55,008 nucleotides of DNA from Burkholderiales bacterium (GCA_035644415.1 DASQOP010000280.1:1-55008); one strand, 5' to 3'. Shown: positions 16,865 to 25,638, counted from the stretch's first letter. The notes: generated by a model from the letters alone, not told the origin. A program made the numbers and translations.

Positions 16865-17114
16865 GGGCTATGGGCTATGGCCTATGGCCTATGGGTACGG
16901 GCGGCTGGGCGGCTGTGGGGCGGTACGGGCGGCTGGGCAGCCTTGGGAGCGGCTGGGCGGCTGAAATGGGGCGGCTGGGCGGCTGTAGGGGATACGAGGC
17001 GATTCTAGGGCAGCTAGCGGGCGGCTGTAGGGGATTGTACGGGGCGGTACGGGCGGCTGGGCGGCTGTAGAGCAAAAAAAAGCCGCCCCGTAGGGCGGCC
17101 CGGCTGGGCGGCTG
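16865..17114 (+). repeat. G-rich iteron field (7-nt phased GGSCTAT x4, then CGGCTGGGCGGCTG x5 plus degenerate copies)
   Basis: Perfect 14-mers at 16902, 16950, 16972, 17054 and 17101; GGTACGGGCGGCTGGGC three times; lies between convergent terminators. Confidence 0.8.
17074..17099 (-). terminator. rho-independent terminator of the - strand gene
   Basis: On the - strand: GCCGCCC-tacg-GGGCGGC followed by TTTTTTTT. Confidence 0.75.
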
Positions 17115-17116
17115 TT

Positions 17117-17638
17117 TTAGGCGAATTTGAATTCAAATCCCGCGCTACCGTAGGGCTTTGCTTCGATGTCATACGGCCTTGAGCCATCGAATCCCAATGT
17201 TTTGAATTGCTTGGTAGCGGAGATGTACGGCCTACCCGAAGCATCGCGCACATCCAGCGCGCCTTCTACCTCTTTCGCTTGAGGCACAATCCGTACCATT
17301 CGCCCTTCGATGGTAAGCGTAGCGAATTTGGGCTTTGGCGTACCTAGCCGCTCTGCTGCATCCTTCCCGAAGCATACGCGCCCTGTCTTGTTGAGATGAA
17401 TCGCAAATTCTGTAGGCTTGTCGGCCTTGGGAGCGGCGGGAGCGGCGGGAGCGGGCTTGGCAGCGGCAGCGGGCTTGACAGCAGCAGCGGGCTTGACAGC
17501 AGCAGCGGGCTTGGCAGCAGCAGCGGGCTTGACAGCAGCAGCGGGCTTGACAGCGGCAGCGGGCTTGGCAGCGCTTTTCAGGGCAGTAGCTAAGGCCTTG
17601 CCTACGGTAGCGGTAACATTCAAATTCTTTTTTGCCAT
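17117..17638 (-). CDS. DNA-binding protein: histone-H1/AlgP-like (KPAAAV)n repeat N-terminus plus AbrB/SpoVT-like C-terminal domain
   Basis: AAKPAAAVKPAAAVKPAAAAKPAAAV.. repeat; C-terminal ..TGRVCFGKDAAERLGTPKPKFATLTIEGRMVRIVP.. fits the swapped-hairpin AbrB pattern. Confidence 0.7.
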   Translation of the reverse strand: MAKKNLNVTATVGKALATALKSAAKPAAAVKPAAAVKPAAAAKPAAAVKPAAAVKPAAAAKPAPAAPAAPKADKPTEFAIHLNKTGRVCFGKDAAERLGTPKPKFATLTIEGRMVRIVPQAKEVEGALDVRDASGRPYISATKQFKTLGFDGSRPYDIEAKPYGSAGFEFKFA

Positions 17639-17738
17639 TTGGAGTAAATTCCCTTATTTTTGTTCGATTTAGAGGCGGCATCTCCGCCACAATCCGAACG
17701 TAGCATGTTCCCACAAAAAAAGGGAAGCGCCGTGGTGC

Positions 17739-17766
17739 TGCACCTACTAAAGCCTTATGCTACAAT
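17739..17766 (+). promoter_or_regulatory. candidate promoter with extended -10
   Basis: TGCACC-16 nt-(TGc)TACAAT in the divergent intergenic region. Confidence 0.35.
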
Positions 17767-17850
17767 GATTTACATGGTTCGGATGGCAGAGCCAGAAAGC
17801 GCGGCAGGTATAGACATAGCCAACCCCACGCCATAGCCTAAGCCGTGGGC

Positions 17851-17895
17851 CAACGGTACGTGGTACAGGGGTACGTGGTACCCCCCAACGGTACC
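17851..17895. repeat. cluster of five GGTAC motifs
   Basis: CAACGGTAC GTGGTAC AGG GGTACGTGGTAC CCCC CAACGGTACC; GGTACGTGGTAC occurs twice (17855, 17870). Confidence 0.6.
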
Positions 17896-17950
17896 GCCAC
17901 GGGGGTTTCTATGCCAGAAGACGAAAACTCGATGCTGGGTCGAGTTGTTA

Positions 17951-17983
17951 CCGTCCACTTCACCGACTCGCCGTCCACTTCAC
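17951..17983. repeat. 13-nt direct repeat, 20-nt period
   Basis: CCGTCCACTTCAC at 17951-17963 and 17971-17983. Confidence 0.6.
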
Positions 17984-18046
17984 GATTTGAAAGTTAGGCT
18001 CTCCCTTTCCGCTGCCGTGAGGATCTCCCGGCGGTATGCTGGTGCG

Positions 18047-18253
18047 ATGCCAATCACTGAAGAAAGGAGGGCGCGGAACGTAGCCAGAGCAATCGTCCGG
18101 GCACGGCCCATACGGAGCGCACTTCATCTGGCCGATGCAGTGTTGCGGGCCGTGCCGAGGACGGAACGCCTGAGCCGCATGGGCCTGATGGAGCGTTTTC
18201 TGCTGGTGGCCGCCGCATTCGTGGCCGGCCTGCTGATCCGAGCGGTGCTATGA
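18047..18253 (+). CDS. small protein with a C-terminal hydrophobic helix
   Basis: In-frame ATG of track ORF 17945..18253; ..FLLVAAAFVAGLLIRAVL at the end. Confidence 0.45.
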   Translation: MPITEERRARNVARAIVRARPIRSALHLADAVLRAVPRTERLSRMGLMERFLLVAAAFVAGLLIRAVL

Positions 18254-18570
18254 TCTGCCCCGAGTGCGGCATCGAGGTGAAACGCCATGTCTGCCGCGCC
18301 TGCCAAGCCAAGCGCACTCGCGCGGGGATGCTGCGGCACCAGCGGCGCTTCCTGCAAACGTGGCTGGCCGGTCAGATCGAATTGCGCGTGAAGCGCGTCG
18401 CAGGCGTGCTGCACTTGGAGCTATTCGACGACCGCTGGCACAGCTACTGTGACACCGAGATGTTCTCCGTTCACCAGCGCGATTTCGTGCGCGAACTCCC
18501 GGCCGACCTGTGTCCGGCGTGCATTACCATCTTCCATGAACAGGTGGCCGCAGCCAAGGAGGTCCGATGA
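18250..18570 (+). CDS. zinc-finger protein
   Basis: ATGA overlap; CPECG..CRAC at the N-terminus, CPAC at the C-terminus. Confidence 0.6.
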   Translation: MICPECGIEVKRHVCRACQAKRTRAGMLRHQRRFLQTWLAGQIELRVKRVAGVLHLELFDDRWHSYCDTEMFSVHQRDFVRELPADLCPACITIFHEQVAAAKEVR

Positions 18571-18707
18571 TTAAGCTCAAACTCCTGCTCATGATTCTGG
18601 CGGTGCTCTGCTTTGCTCTGGGCGCATCTGAAGTCAAGCCGCCGCGCGGTAATTTCGTGGCCGCGGGCCTGTGCCTGTGGGCTCTGGCGACGGTCGTGGC
18701 AGGCTAG
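18567..18707 (+). CDS. small two-helix membrane protein (46 aa, below the track cutoff; holin-like size)
   Basis: My translation: MIKLKLLLMILAVLCFALGASEVKPPRGNFVAAGLCLWALATVVAG; ATGA overlap with the upstream gene. Confidence 0.45.
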   Translation: MIKLKLLLMILAVLCFALGASEVKPPRGNFVAAGLCLWALATVVAG

Positions 18708-18755
18708 CGGTGCTATGCTCGCGGAGTAACACTTTGTTTTCTGCCATGCTTAAAC

Positions 18756-18802
18756 AGCCCGCGCTTCCTGCCAACTGGTGAGCGTGGGCTTTGTTTGTTT
18801 TT
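18756..18802 (+). terminator. rho-independent terminator before the packaging module
   Basis: AGCCCGCGCT-15 nt loop-AGCGTGGGCT (one G-U pair) followed by TTGTTTGTTTTT. Confidence 0.6.
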
Positions 18803-18919
18803 CGCAGGATCTCCCGTGACAAGAGCGACTTCCGGGTTTAGAATGGCCGCAGGCCGTCGCCGGGACTAGGCCTTGAAAGCAAGTGATAACATCCCGCACC
18901 TCCGAGGGATGGAATCACA

Positions 18920-19426
18920 ATGCCCCTGGTCACCGAACTCGAGCTGGCGCGCCACCTTAAAAGAGACCGCAAAGCTGTGCGCCTGGCCGCGCAAAGCGGC
19001 CGGCTGACGACTCGAGCAGACGGTCTGTTCGATCTCGACGTAGCGGTCAGGGAATGGGCCGAGACCACTCACCACGAGAAGGGTCACAACAACCGCAGCC
19101 TCGCCGAGATTCCGTCGCCCGACATTCCACTGCGACCTGAAACCAAGAGCACCGACTATGCCAAGGCGCGGGCCGGGACGCAGATTTACGAAGCCCTGCT
19201 GAAGAAACTGCGTTACGAGGAGCGCGCCAAGAACCTGACTCCAACCGCGGATGTAGAAACCGCGCGTTTCACCGAGTTCCGCATCCTGCGTGAGGCTTGC
19301 TTCAACATTCCGGCGCGGATCGCGGCGCTGATCGCCGGGGAGACGCAAGTGGAGCGGTGCCAGCAGCTGCTCGAAAGCGAACTGAACAGCGTGTTCAACG
19401 CCTTCGCCGACGGCAGGCTCTCATGA
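18920..19426 (+). CDS. terS: terminase small subunit (Nu1-like)
   Basis: Directly upstream of and ATGA-coupled to the GpA-type large terminase; N-terminal HTH-like LELARHLKRDRKAVRLAAQSG; C-terminal pattern typical of small terminases. Confidence 0.7.
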   Translation: MPLVTELELARHLKRDRKAVRLAAQSGRLTTRADGLFDLDVAVREWAETTHHEKGHNNRSLAEIPSPDIPLRPETKSTDYAKARAGTQIYEALLKKLRYEERAKNLTPTADVETARFTEFRILREACFNIPARIAALIAGETQVERCQQLLESELNSVFNAFADGRLS

Positions 19427-21357
19427 CGCCCGCACTGACGCTGCACGCTTCGCTGCCCGGTCTGGCCGACGCCTACGAAGTCAGCCGGCAGGCCTGCCGT
19501 GCCGGGGCGCGGCCGGACCCCAAGCTGCGCATCTCGGAGTGGGCAGACCAATACCGGGTTCTCACGACACGCTCGTCGCCGGAGCCCGGGATGTGGCGCA
19601 CTGAGCGCACTCCATTTCTGCGCGACATCATGGACTCCTTGATGCCCGAGGCTCCGTGGGAGCGGGTGGTGTTCATGAAGGGGTCGCAGGTCGGCGCAAC
19701 GGAATCGGGCAACAACTGGATCGGGTACGTGATCCATCTCGCGCCAGGCCCGATGCTGGTGGTGCAGCCGACCGAGATGATGGCCAAGCGCAACTCGAAA
19801 CAGCGCATTGGTCCGCTGATCGAGGACTCGCCGGTCCTGCGCACCCTGGTACGGACGGCGCGGTCGCGCGACTCGGGCAACACGATTCTGGCCAAAGAGT
19901 TTCTGGGCGGCATCCTGGTGCTGGCCGGCGCGAACAGTGCCAAGCAGCTGCGTTCGATGGCCGCGCGCTATCTGTTCCTGGACGAGGTGGACGCCTATCC
20001 GCCCAACGTGGACCGCGAGGGCGAGCCCTGCGATCTGGCGATTGCGCGCACCAGCAACTTCCGGCGCAAGAAGATTTTCATCACCTCGACGCCCACGATT
20101 GCGGGCCGCAGCCGCATCTGCACCTTCTTCGAGCAGAGCGACCAGAATTTCTATTTCGTGCCCTGCCCGCGCTGCGGCGTTTTGATCACCTTACTGCCCG
20201 AGCAGCTGGGCTGGTCGCCCACCCTGAAGCATCAGGCCAGCTACCGGTGTCAGGAGTGCGAGGGCGAGATCTTCGATCACGAGAAAACGGGGATGCTGGA
20301 GTTGGGCGAATGGCGCGCGACCGCCGCGGGCGACGGCGTGACGCGCGGCTACCACTTGTCCAGCTATTACTCGCCGGTGGGCTGGCTGTCCTGGACGCAG
20401 ATCATGCGCAACCACGACAAGAGCACGGCGTCTCCCGAGAAGTTGCAGGCGTTCTACAACACCGTGCTCGGCCTGCCGTGGGCGGACCAGGGCGAAGTGC
20501 CGGACGTGGACCGGCTCTACGAGCGCAGGGAATCCTACGTGATCGGCGAAGTGCCCGAGGGCGGGCTGGTGCTGACCGCAGGCGCCGACGTGCAGCTCAA
20601 CCGCATCGAGGTCGAGATCGTGGCCTGGGGCCGCGACCGCATTTCCTGGAGTGTCGACTATCGCGTGCTCGAAGGCAACAGCAACCAGCCCCAGGTGTGG
20701 GAGCAGCTGGCCCGGCTGATGGACGAAGAGTTCCCCACCTTCTACGGCGGCGCGCTGCGAATTCAGAAACTAGCCGTCGATTCCGGTTTCAACACCATGC
20801 GGGTGTATGAGTGGGTGCGCACGATGCTCGCGCAGCGCGTGATGGCGGTCAAAGGCGAGAGCCACGTGCCCGCATTGGTCGGCTCTCCGAACCTGATCGA
20901 ACGCGGCCCGGCCGGACGCCTGATTCGAGGCGGCGTGCGCCTGTGGCCGGTCAATTCCTCTATCGGCAAGGAAGAACTGTACCGCTGCCTGAAACTGTCG
21001 GCCCCAGACCTCGCGGCCGGCGAAGAGTGGCCAGCGGGCTATTGCCACTTCCCGTCCTACTCTAAGGAGTTTTTCGAGCAGCTGTGCGGCGAGCAGCTGA
21101 TTACGCGCACGCTGGCGGGCCGCACCACCAGCCGTTGGGAAAAGCGGCGCGACCGCAACGAAGCGCTGGACGTCAGGATCTATGCGCGAGCCGCAGCCGC
21201 CACTCTGCGCATGGAGACGTGGCAGCCGAAGCGGTGGAACGACATCGAGACCGCGCTGCGCGGCGGCAGGGCCATCGGCGGCAGCGTCGCCAAAGGCGTG
21301 CAGTCCCCGATTCCGCAGTTTCGCCCGCTCAGAGCCAACGAAGGATTTCTGGAATGA
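19423..21357 (+). CDS. terL: terminase large subunit, lambda GpA family
   Basis: ..ISEWADQYRVL....PG.W...RTPFLRDIMD..S......VVFMKGSQVGATE..NW.GY.I...PGPMLVVQPT.. is the GpA N-terminal signature; 644 aa. Confidence 0.95.
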   Translation: MTPALTLHASLPGLADAYEVSRQACRAGARPDPKLRISEWADQYRVLTTRSSPEPGMWRTERTPFLRDIMDSLMPEAPWERVVFMKGSQVGATESGNNWIGYVIHLAPGPMLVVQPTEMMAKRNSKQRIGPLIEDSPVLRTLVRTARSRDSGNTILAKEFLGGILVLAGANSAKQLRSMAARYLFLDEVDAYPPNVDREGEPCDLAIARTSNFRRKKIFITSTPTIAGRSRICTFFEQSDQNFYFVPCPRCGVLITLLPEQLGWSPTLKHQASYRCQECEGEIFDHEKTGMLELGEWRATAAGDGVTRGYHLSSYYSPVGWLSWTQIMRNHDKSTASPEKLQAFYNTVLGLPWADQGEVPDVDRLYERRESYVIGEVPEGGLVLTAGADVQLNRIEVEIVAWGRDRISWSVDYRVLEGNSNQPQVWEQLARLMDEEFPTFYGGALRIQKLAVDSGFNTMRVYEWVRTMLAQRVMAVKGESHVPALVGSPNLIERGPAGRLIRGGVRLWPVNSSIGKEELYRCLKLSAPDLAAGEEWPAGYCHFPSYSKEFFEQLCGEQLITRTLAGRTTSRWEKRRDRNEALDVRIYARAAAATLRMETWQPKRWNDIETALRGGRAIGGSVAKGVQSPIPQFRPLRANEGFLE

Positions 21358-21668
21358 CACCGAACGGCAGGCTTCCCTTCCAACCCAAGCCGATGGCCGC
21401 GAACGTCCGCTTCAAGCTGCCCAAGGTGACCGATCCGGCGACTGCCGCCACTATGCTGGAGCAGGCGCAGCAGGCGATGTTCAACCTGGTCACCGGGCAG
21501 CTGCCGAGCGGCGTCGAAACCCCGCAGCTGGGCCGGGTGACCTTCAACGCCACCAACACCGCCGATTTGCAGCGGCTGATTGATTACCTGAGCGGGGTGG
21601 TCGCCAGCGGTGACGGCAGCGGCAACACCAACCGGCGCATCCCGATTAGTTTCCTGGCTTGGCCATGA
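21354..21668 (+). CDS. gpW-like head-tail joining protein
   Basis: Sits between terminase and portal as in lambda; ..LEQAQQAMFNLVTGQ....GRVTFNATNTADLQRLIDYL.. fits the gpW pattern. Confidence 0.6.
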   Translation: MTPNGRLPFQPKPMAANVRFKLPKVTDPATAATMLEQAQQAMFNLVTGQLPSGVETPQLGRVTFNATNTADLQRLIDYLSGVVASGDGSGNTNRRIPISFLAWP

Positions 21669-23344
21669 CAGCGACGCCCGAATCCAACCCGACGAGCTCC
21701 ACCACGGTCCCCGCGATCCGCAAGCCGGGGCTATTGAAGCGTCTCTTCGGCGGCGACCGGAGCGCGGCCCAATTCCAGGCGCAGTCGCCGGACGGCGGTT
21801 CCAACTACGGGGCGGGCACCGGCTACGGCGCACTGGGCGGCCGCGACACGCCCTATACCGGCGCGTCCTGGATTCGCAAGCAGATGTCCAACTGGTTTCC
21901 CACGCGCGCCTCAGCCGACGCCGAACTGTTGGGCGACATGGGCACGCTGGTGGCCCGGTCGCGCGATCTCGACCGCAACACCGGCATCGCCGCAGGCGCG
22001 ATCCAGACCACCGTGGATAACGTGGTCGGCGCCAATCTCCGTCTGTCCTGCTGGCCCGACTACCGGGCTTTGGGCCGCGACCCACAGTGGGCCGAAAGCT
22101 GGGGCAGGAGTGTGGAAAGCCTCTGGAAAAGCGTGGCGGATACCACGGCTTTCGATGTTGCGAACAAGCTCACCTTTACCGGGTTGACTACCCTGGTCTT
22201 CCGGTCGGTGTTGCAGAACGGGGAAGCTCTGGCGCTGGCCTTGTGGATGGCGCGGGCCGACGCGAAATTCAAGACCTGCGTGCAGCTGGTCGATACCGAC
22301 CGGCTCTCTAATCCGGGGAACATGACACCCACGCTGACCCTACGCGGCGGCGTGGAGACCAACGATTACGGCCGTCCGCTGGCCTACCACGTCCGCAAGA
22401 TTTCCAACTGGCCCGCCATGTTCTTTCCCGCCATCGGCGGTATCGGCGGCGAGTGGGAACGCATCCCGGCGGCCACCGAATGGGGCCGCAAGCGCGTGCT
22501 GCACGTCTACACCCAGGACCGCGTGGACCAGACGCGCGGCAAGCCAATCCTGGCTCCGGTGATCGAGCAGTTCCGCATGCTCGACTCCTACATGCGCGCG
22601 GAGCTGCAATCGGCGATTGTGAACGCCCTGGTGGCGGGCGTGATTGAAACCCCGCTCGACCCCGGCACGCTGGCCGAGATGGTGGGCGGGGATGCCAACG
22701 GCTACCTGGCCGCCAAGAACGAGTACCGCATCCAGCTGGAAGCCGGCACCTTCATTCCGCTGTATCCCGGCGACAAGATGACGCCCTTCATGCCTGCGCG
22801 GCCCGCGCCTCAGTTCGCGCAGTTCTCGGAATTCGTCATGCGCCAGATCGGCGTCAGCATGGGCCTGCCGTACGAGCAGCTGATGAAGGATTACTCGAAG
22901 ACCAACTATTCGAGTGCCCGCGCGGCGTTGCTCGAATCCTGGCGCTATTTCACCACCCGGCGGTCCTGGCTGTGCACCTACTGGGCGCAGCCATTGTACG
23001 AATTGTGGTTCGAGGAAGCCGTCAACGAGGGCCTCATCGACGCGCCCGACTTCTACAACCAGCGGACCCTGTACACGCGCGCCAAATGGATCGGACCAGG
23101 CCGGGGATGGATCGACCCGGTGAAGGAAGCTGAGGCCGCCCAAGTCCGCATGTCGAGCGGCATTTCCACACTCGAAGCTGAGTGCGCCGAGCAAGGCCTG
23201 GACTACAACGACGTGATCGACCAGCGGCAGATCGAGAAGCAACGCCTCCAGGAAGCGGGGTTGTGGGTGGAGCCGGCGCCGCCGACCAAACCCTTGGGAT
23301 TCCCAGCGCAACCGGAAGAGACGCCGGTTAGAGAGCAGGTATAA
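21665..23344 (+). CDS. portal protein, lambda (gpB) family
   Basis: 559 aa, position and motifs (..SRDLDRNTGIAAGAIQTTVDNVVG.., ..YSSARAALLE.W..) typical of lambda-type portals. Confidence 0.9.
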   Translation: MTATPESNPTSSTTVPAIRKPGLLKRLFGGDRSAAQFQAQSPDGGSNYGAGTGYGALGGRDTPYTGASWIRKQMSNWFPTRASADAELLGDMGTLVARSRDLDRNTGIAAGAIQTTVDNVVGANLRLSCWPDYRALGRDPQWAESWGRSVESLWKSVADTTAFDVANKLTFTGLTTLVFRSVLQNGEALALALWMARADAKFKTCVQLVDTDRLSNPGNMTPTLTLRGGVETNDYGRPLAYHVRKISNWPAMFFPAIGGIGGEWERIPAATEWGRKRVLHVYTQDRVDQTRGKPILAPVIEQFRMLDSYMRAELQSAIVNALVAGVIETPLDPGTLAEMVGGDANGYLAAKNEYRIQLEAGTFIPLYPGDKMTPFMPARPAPQFAQFSEFVMRQIGVSMGLPYEQLMKDYSKTNYSSARAALLESWRYFTTRRSWLCTYWAQPLYELWFEEAVNEGLIDAPDFYNQRTLYTRAKWIGPGRGWIDPVKEAEAAQVRMSSGISTLEAECAEQGLDYNDVIDQRQIEKQRLQEAGLWVEPAPPTKPLGFPAQPEETPVREQV

Positions 23345-23347
23345 GTT

Positions 23348-24721
23348 ATGGCTACAGACGAACTCCTTACCGGCGAAGCACCGCTGGCGTTCCAGCTGCT
23401 ATCCCTCAACGACCGCCCCTGGGCCATGAGCCTCACGGCCCTACGGTCGCTGGTGGCGGCCTGCGGCGCGCTCGACTTCGAGGCTGTGGCCGCGCGCGCG
23501 GGACAGCCGCTCGATAATGGCAGCGGGGTGATGAATTACCACGGCACCGCGGTAGTCAACATTCGCGGTCCTTTGTTCCGCTATCGCTCGATTTGGACGT
23601 GGCTCCTGGGCGGCACCTCCGTCGAGCAGACGGCGCTGGCCCTGCATGCAGCTGTGGACGACCCCACAGTGCAGCGCATCGTGCTGGCCATCAATTCGCC
23701 TGGCGGCCAGATCGACGGTATCAATGAACTGGCCAACATGATCCGCACGGCCAACCAGACCAAACCCATCACCGCGTACGTGGATGGCCAGGGGGCGTCG
23801 GCCGCGTACTGGCTGGCTTCAGCAGCTGGCACAATCGTGGCCGACGAAACCGCGCGCCTTGGCTCCATCGGCGTGCGGGCCACTGTGTTCGATGAGCGGG
23901 CGGCGGAAGAGAAGCAGGGCGTGAAGCGGTACGAGATCATTTCCAGCCAGAGTCCGCTCAAGCGGACCGACCCCGGCACCGACCAGGGGCGGGCGCAGCT
24001 GCAACAGATGGTGGACGCGATGGCGGCGGTCTTCATCGCAAAGGTGGCGGAGTTCCGGGGGACCAGCGAAGAGAAGGTGGTAAGCGACTTTGGCCAAGGC
24101 GCGGAGCTGTCGGCTCGCGACGCCGTCTCGGTCGGGATGGCGGAAGCGCTCGGTTCCCTGGAGGGCCTGCTGGGCGCTGGCAACGGCGACCCAGTGCGGG
24201 TGGTGCGCGATCAGCCCGCGCTGCGCGTCGGCCTGGGGACGACCGTGCCGGCCGCCGTGCTGCATATAGGGGCGGCGGCCACGGAGCCGGAGGCGGCGGA
24301 GGAGACCGACGACGAGGAATGCGACTGCCCGCCGGGCGAAGACTGCGAATGTGACGAGGAAGAACAGGAGCCGCTCGATAGCTCGGCTTCAGAAGGAGAT
24401 GGAGACTTGATTACGCCAACCGAAGAACGGCAGCGGATCGCTGCAATTTTAACCTGCGAGGAAGCGCGCGGCCGCGAAGAGTTGGCCCGCACGCTGGCAC
24501 TTGAAACCAACCACACCCTGGAAGCCGCCCAGAAACTCTTGAAGGCGTGTCCGCTGGCGGTCGCTACCAAGCCGGTCAATGCGCTCGAAGTCCGCATGGG
24601 CCAGATCCAAAACCCCAACGTGGGAGTAAGCGGCGATGCGGTCGCCGACGATTCGCCGGCCGCCGAGGTGCAGCGCATCCTGGCGTTCGTTCCGAAGTCC
24701 CGCAGGCACGCGGTGCAGTAA
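23348..24721 (+). CDS. S49-family prohead protease / scaffold (gpC-like)
   Basis: ..VLAINSPGGQIDGINELANMIR....KPITAYVDGQGASAAYWLASAAGTIVADETARLGSIGV.. is the SppA/ClpP-fold serine protease core; acidic Cys-rich linker and helical C-terminus. Confidence 0.9.
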   Translation: MATDELLTGEAPLAFQLLSLNDRPWAMSLTALRSLVAACGALDFEAVAARAGQPLDNGSGVMNYHGTAVVNIRGPLFRYRSIWTWLLGGTSVEQTALALHAAVDDPTVQRIVLAINSPGGQIDGINELANMIRTANQTKPITAYVDGQGASAAYWLASAAGTIVADETARLGSIGVRATVFDERAAEEKQGVKRYEIISSQSPLKRTDPGTDQGRAQLQQMVDAMAAVFIAKVAEFRGTSEEKVVSDFGQGAELSARDAVSVGMAEALGSLEGLLGAGNGDPVRVVRDQPALRVGLGTTVPAAVLHIGAAATEPEAAEETDDEECDCPPGEDCECDEEEQEPLDSSASEGDGDLITPTEERQRIAAILTCEEARGREELARTLALETNHTLEAAQKLLKACPLAVATKPVNALEVRMGQIQNPNVGVSGDAVADDSPAAEVQRILAFVPKSRRHAVQ

Positions 24722-24730
24722 GGAGAAACT

Positions 24731-25555
24731 ATGGCAACACCAAGTGTGAACCCGATTAACGTTGCGTCTTTCCGGTCGGACATCTTCAACTACGACTCGC
24801 TCCTCGCGGGCGAGTGTCTTTCCAAAAGCGCCAAGATCGGCGCAAGTCAGGGCATCCTGAAACGCGGCACCGTCCTCGGCGGTGTGGCCGCAGGCGTGCC
24901 GCCAACGGGCGTTACGCCGTTCGTCTATGGCAACGCGCCAGCGGGCGCGATCCTGGCGGCGGACATCGACACCGGCACCGGGGCCGCCGTCACCGGCCTG
25001 GTTTATACGCAGGGAAAATTCCTGGACACTGCCATGATTTTCTCGGCCAACGGAGCCGCCACCGACGTAGCGCAGCTGTGGAACGTCGGCATCTACGTCC
25101 TGACCGTCGAACAGCGCAGCGGCCAACTCGTGCCGCTGATGAACCTGCCCACGTCGGGCGCAGGCCCGCTGCCGCAAGCCATGTCAGCGAAAGACGCAGC
25201 CGAAGCCACCAAGGAGGAAGTGGAGGCGATCCGGGCCGCGCAAGGGCAGAGCCCAGTGGCGATCCCTGGCCCGGCCAGCGCCAAAGACCCGGCGTGGTAT
25301 ACCGCAGCCTTCGGGGAGCGTGAACTGACCAAGGAGGAGCAGGCCCGCGAGAAAACCGTGGAGCAGGTTGCCGACCTCGACGAGAAACAGCAGAAAGCGC
25401 GCGAGGAGCTGACCGCCAAGCAGAACAAGGAAGCCTCCGAGTTGGCGAAGAAGCAGCGCGACGAGCGTGCCCAGCTGGCAAAGCAGGAAGCAGCCGCCAT
25501 GCAGCACGGCCGCCAAGCCAACCCACCGGTGCCGACTACGGCACCGAAGAAATAA
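24731..25555 (+). CDS. head decoration protein (gpD-like) with a long Lys/Glu-rich C-terminal extension
   Basis: AGGAGA RBS; ..YDSLLAGE...SAKIGASQGILKRGTVLG....AILAADIDTGTGAAVTGLVYTQGKF.. fits the decoration-protein pattern; position between protease and capsid. Confidence 0.8.
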   Translation: MATPSVNPINVASFRSDIFNYDSLLAGECLSKSAKIGASQGILKRGTVLGGVAAGVPPTGVTPFVYGNAPAGAILAADIDTGTGAAVTGLVYTQGKFLDTAMIFSANGAATDVAQLWNVGIYVLTVEQRSGQLVPLMNLPTSGAGPLPQAMSAKDAAEATKEEVEAIRAAQGQSPVAIPGPASAKDPAWYTAAFGERELTKEEQAREKTVEQVADLDEKQQKAREELTAKQNKEASELAKKQRDERAQLAKQEAAAMQHGRQANPPVPTTAPKK

Positions 25556-25638
25556 CCCCCCTGCGGCCCGTCGTCTTGGCACCAGACAGCGGGTCGCCTG
25601 ATTTCTAACCCACCCAGTACACCGGGAGGCAAGCCAAC

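Noticed and set aside
16790-17075. Track ORFs 16790..17008, 16861..17070 (+) and 16875..17075 (-) as genes
   Set aside because: They translate the GGGCGGCT iteron field into repetitive GWAAVG/GRLG peptides. They lie between two convergent terminators and have no RBS.
17232-17714. Alternative-frame ORFs over the KPAAAV repeat (17232..17714 -, 17396..17593 +, 17418..17672 +)
   Set aside because: The 18-nt DNA repeat keeps all frames open. Only the frame giving (KPAAAV)n plus the AbrB-like domain has a proper start, an RBS context and a terminator.
19656-20810. The 384-aa + strand ORF in an alternative frame of the large terminase gene, and likewise 36002..37024, 7017..7688 and 375..794
   Set aside because: They are out of frame with confidently identified genes. 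Their Arg/Gly/Pro-dominated composition shows no coding pattern.
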